Assembly: GCF_003334765.1 (NCBI RefSeq)
Contig: NZ_QOWT01000092.1
Length of the DNA: 951 nucleotides
Reading direction: 5' to 3' (one strand)
From: Escherichia coli
GTDB lineage: Bacteria > Pseudomonadota > Gammaproteobacteria > Enterobacterales > Enterobacteriaceae
Below the pieces are notes generated by a model, which saw only the letters and a program-made list of their open reading frames with translations, was not told the DNA's origin and searched no databases. Every line of letters begins with the position of its first letter. Within the stretch, counting starts at the first letter, position 1. This document shows positions 1 to 951 of this stretch, in pieces. Both the position numbers and the translations under genes were made by a program.

Positions 1-7
1 GAGTTTT

Positions 8-358
8 TTACAACATTGTCAGTGAGTTAAGGCGGGATGTTTTTGGCTGACGCCAGTCCAGCTTATCGAGGAGCATTGCCAGTTGCGAGCGGGTAATGGA
101 TATCTTACCGTCACGCACCGCAGGCCAGATAAACTGACCTTCCTCAAGGCGTTTGGTGAACAGGCACAGACCATCAGCATCAGCCCACAGGATTTTAATC
201 GTGTCTCCCCGTCGGCCACGGAAGATAAACAGGTGACCGGAGAAGGGGTTATCATCCAGCACATGCTGTATCTGCTCCCCCAGACCGTTGAAGGATTTAC
301 GCATATCAGTAACGCCGGCAACGAGCCAGATACGGGTACCTGATGGGAGTGAAATCAT
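8..358 (-). CDS. tnpB: IS66-family accessory protein TnpB (IS66 Orf2-like), 116 aa
   Basis: The ORF 8..358 translates to MISLPSGTRIWLVAGVTDMRKSFNGLGEQ...GHLFIFRGRRGDTIKILWADADGLCLFTKRLEEGQFIWP, recognised from memory as the conserved IS66 Orf2-like TnpB signature. Start ATG is the complement of 356..358 and stop TAA the complement of 8..10. A strong Shine-Dalgarno GGAGG (complement of 364..368) sits 5 nt upstream of the ATG. Confidence 0.9.
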   Translation of the reverse strand: MISLPSGTRIWLVAGVTDMRKSFNGLGEQIQHVLDDNPFSGHLFIFRGRRGDTIKILWADADGLCLFTKRLEEGQFIWPAVRDGKISITRSQLAMLLDKLDWRQPKTSRLNSLTML

Positions 359-789
359 CGTCCCCTCCCGGTCAGCTCACGGATCAACACCGTGAGCAGC
401 TCTGGTGAAGGATTTTCCAGCATCATTTTACCGTAATGGAATTCCACATGGCAGGAAGCTGCACAAGCAACTGATAATGCCTCCGGAGCAGGAGCATCTG
501 TAGCACAGCGCGGGGTGTCGATAAGTTCCACTGGAACCAGAGTCGGAGAGGCCGGAAAAGATTGTGATACTGTAGGGCCTACAATAGTTGGAGGCATTCT
601 ACGAGAAATACGTCCTTCTCTTTGCCAGAGGCGTAGCCATTTAAAAATCAGGTTGTTATCAACGCCATGTTCCCGGGCCAGTTGTGCAACATTGGCATTT
701 GGTTTCGAAGCCAGTTCAACCATATGAAGTTTAAATTCATTAGAAAATATCCGGCGGGTTCCGGAGCGCCAGTCTGTAGGTTTATCCAT
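355..789 (-). CDS. tnpA: IS66-family accessory protein TnpA (orfA, predicted helix-turn-helix DNA-binding protein), about 144 aa
   Basis: The translation MDKPTDWRSGTRRIFSNEFKLHMVELASKPNANVAQLAREHGVDNNLIFKWLRLWQREG has the N-terminal HTH-like region typical of IS66 TnpA. I place the start at the ATG that is the complement of 787..789, because GGAG (complement of 798..801) lies 8 nt upstream. The ORF track begins one codon earlier at a TTG (790..792), which leaves no spacer after the SD. Stop TGA is the complement of 355..357 and overlaps the tnpB ATG. Confidence 0.85.
   Translation of the reverse strand: MDKPTDWRSGTRRIFSNEFKLHMVELASKPNANVAQLAREHGVDNNLIFKWLRLWQREGRISRRMPPTIVGPTVSQSFPASPTLVPVELIDTPRCATDAPAPEALSVACAASCHVEFHYGKMMLENPSPELLTVLIRELTGRGR
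364..368 (-). promoter_or_regulatory. Shine-Dalgarno site for tnpB, embedded in the 3' end of tnpA
   Basis: Minus-strand GGAGG followed by a 5 nt spacer and then the tnpB ATG. Together with the ATGA overlap this suggests translational coupling. Confidence 0.55.
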
Positions 790-797
790 CAATAGAA

Positions 798-801
798 CTC
801 C
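798..801 (-). promoter_or_regulatory. Shine-Dalgarno site for tnpA
   Basis: Minus-strand GGAG followed by the 8 nt spacer TTCTATTG and then the ATG at 787..789. Confidence 0.55.
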
Positions 802-802
802 G

Positions 803-840
803 TCTAATTTAGAAGGAGCTCTAATTTAGTCTGCAAGGAG
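803..840. repeat. Direct repeat pair in the tnpA leader: tctaatttag at 803..812 and 820..829, each followed by aaggag (813..818 and 835..840)
   Basis: Seen directly in the sequence: a perfect 10 bp direct repeat with a 17 bp period, lying between the putative IS end and the tnpA ribosome-binding site. Confidence 0.6.
806..836 (-). promoter_or_regulatory. Tentative sigma70-like promoter for tnpA-tnpB
   Basis: Minus-strand TTGCAG (complement of 831..836) as a -35-like hexamer, followed after 18 to 19 bp by CTAAAT or TAAATT (complement of 806..812) as a weak -10. Matches to consensus are poor, so this is only a guess at where the IS promoter lies. Confidence 0.2.
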
Positions 841-848
841 CAGGTGTT

Positions 849-874
849 ACAGACGGCATTGGCTTTACGCTTAC
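849..874 (-). repeat. Putative left terminal inverted repeat (IRL) of the IS66-family element; exact length not determinable
   Basis: The minus strand reads GTAAGCGTAAAGCCAATGCCGTCTGT from 874 downward. IS66-family termini characteristically begin with GTAA, often GTAAGCG. The inner boundary is arbitrary because the right end is not available for comparison. Confidence 0.45.
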
Positions 875-951
875 CCATAGAGGCGGATATAAGGGGAATG
901 CCGGCAGAGCAGCGGCTTGCTGAACGTCAGCGAAAAACGAAACCGCTGTTG

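Larger units (their letters stand above)
1..874 (-). mobile_element. IS66-family insertion sequence, partial: left end, tnpA and tnpB present; tnpC and right end outside the window
   Basis: Two overlapping minus-strand ORFs whose translations carry the hallmark sequences of IS66 TnpA and IS66 Orf2/TnpB, in the canonical order with an ATGA overlap. A GTAAGCG terminus is read on the minus strand from 874. The 874 boundary is inferred from that motif, not from alignment. Confidence 0.8.

Noticed and set aside
19-321. Minus-strand ORF of 100 aa (MPALLICVNPSTVWGSRYSM...)
   Set aside because: It is an alternative reading frame on the same strand inside tnpB. The tnpB frame carries the recognisable IS66 Orf2 signature; this frame has none.
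83-343. Plus-strand ORF of 86 aa (MRAGNGYLTVTHRRPDKLTF...)
   Set aside because: It lies entirely antisense within tnpB, has no recognisable protein signature and no convincing Shine-Dalgarno site. Long antisense open frames are common opposite real genes.
8-358. tnpB as an IS200/IS605-type RNA-guided nuclease (Cas12 ancestor)
   Set aside because: The shared name is coincidental. At 116 aa this protein is far smaller than IS605 TnpB (about 400 aa) and has the IS66 Orf2 signature, with no RuvC-like motifs.
515-727. Plus-strand ORF of 70 aa (MSISSTGTRVGEAGKDCDTV...)
   Set aside because: It is antisense and wholly internal to tnpA, with no ribosome-binding site and no recognisable domain. Most likely a spurious frame.
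790-792. TTG start for tnpA as given by the ORF track (protein beginning MM)
   Set aside because: The adjacent ATG at 787..789 has ideal 8 nt spacing from the GGAG site, while the TTG would sit directly against it. The ATG is the more plausible start, though the TTG cannot be excluded from sequence alone.
816-821. Palindrome gagctc in the leader
   Set aside because: A 6 bp palindrome is expected by chance many times in a genome and sits inside the more informative direct-repeat region. No evidence for an independent function.
1-951. A novel defence or other undescribed system, CRISPR array, or RNA gene
   Set aside because: Every long ORF is accounted for by the two IS66 accessory genes. The only repeats are the short leader direct repeats. 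There is no spacer-repeat periodicity and no tRNA-like structure. The uncharacterised 77 bp flank is too short to support any system-level claim.

Overview
The window is almost entirely the left-hand portion of an IS66-family insertion sequence, encoded on the minus strand. It carries the two small accessory genes in their canonical arrangement: tnpA (355..789) followed by tnpB (8..358), joined by an ATGA stop/start overlap. The main transposase gene tnpC and the right end would lie beyond position 1 and are not in the window. A GTAA-initiated terminus read on the minus strand from about position 874 is the likely left inverted repeat, so 875..951 is probably flanking DNA of unknown identity. 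The roughly 85 bp leader between the IS end and tnpA contains a perfect 10 bp direct repeat and a good Shine-Dalgarno site. I see no evidence for a novel defence or other undescribed system here: no CRISPR array, no tRNA or rRNA, and no cargo gene. The other ORFs in the six-frame track are out-of-frame or antisense overlaps of tnpA and tnpB and are not called.
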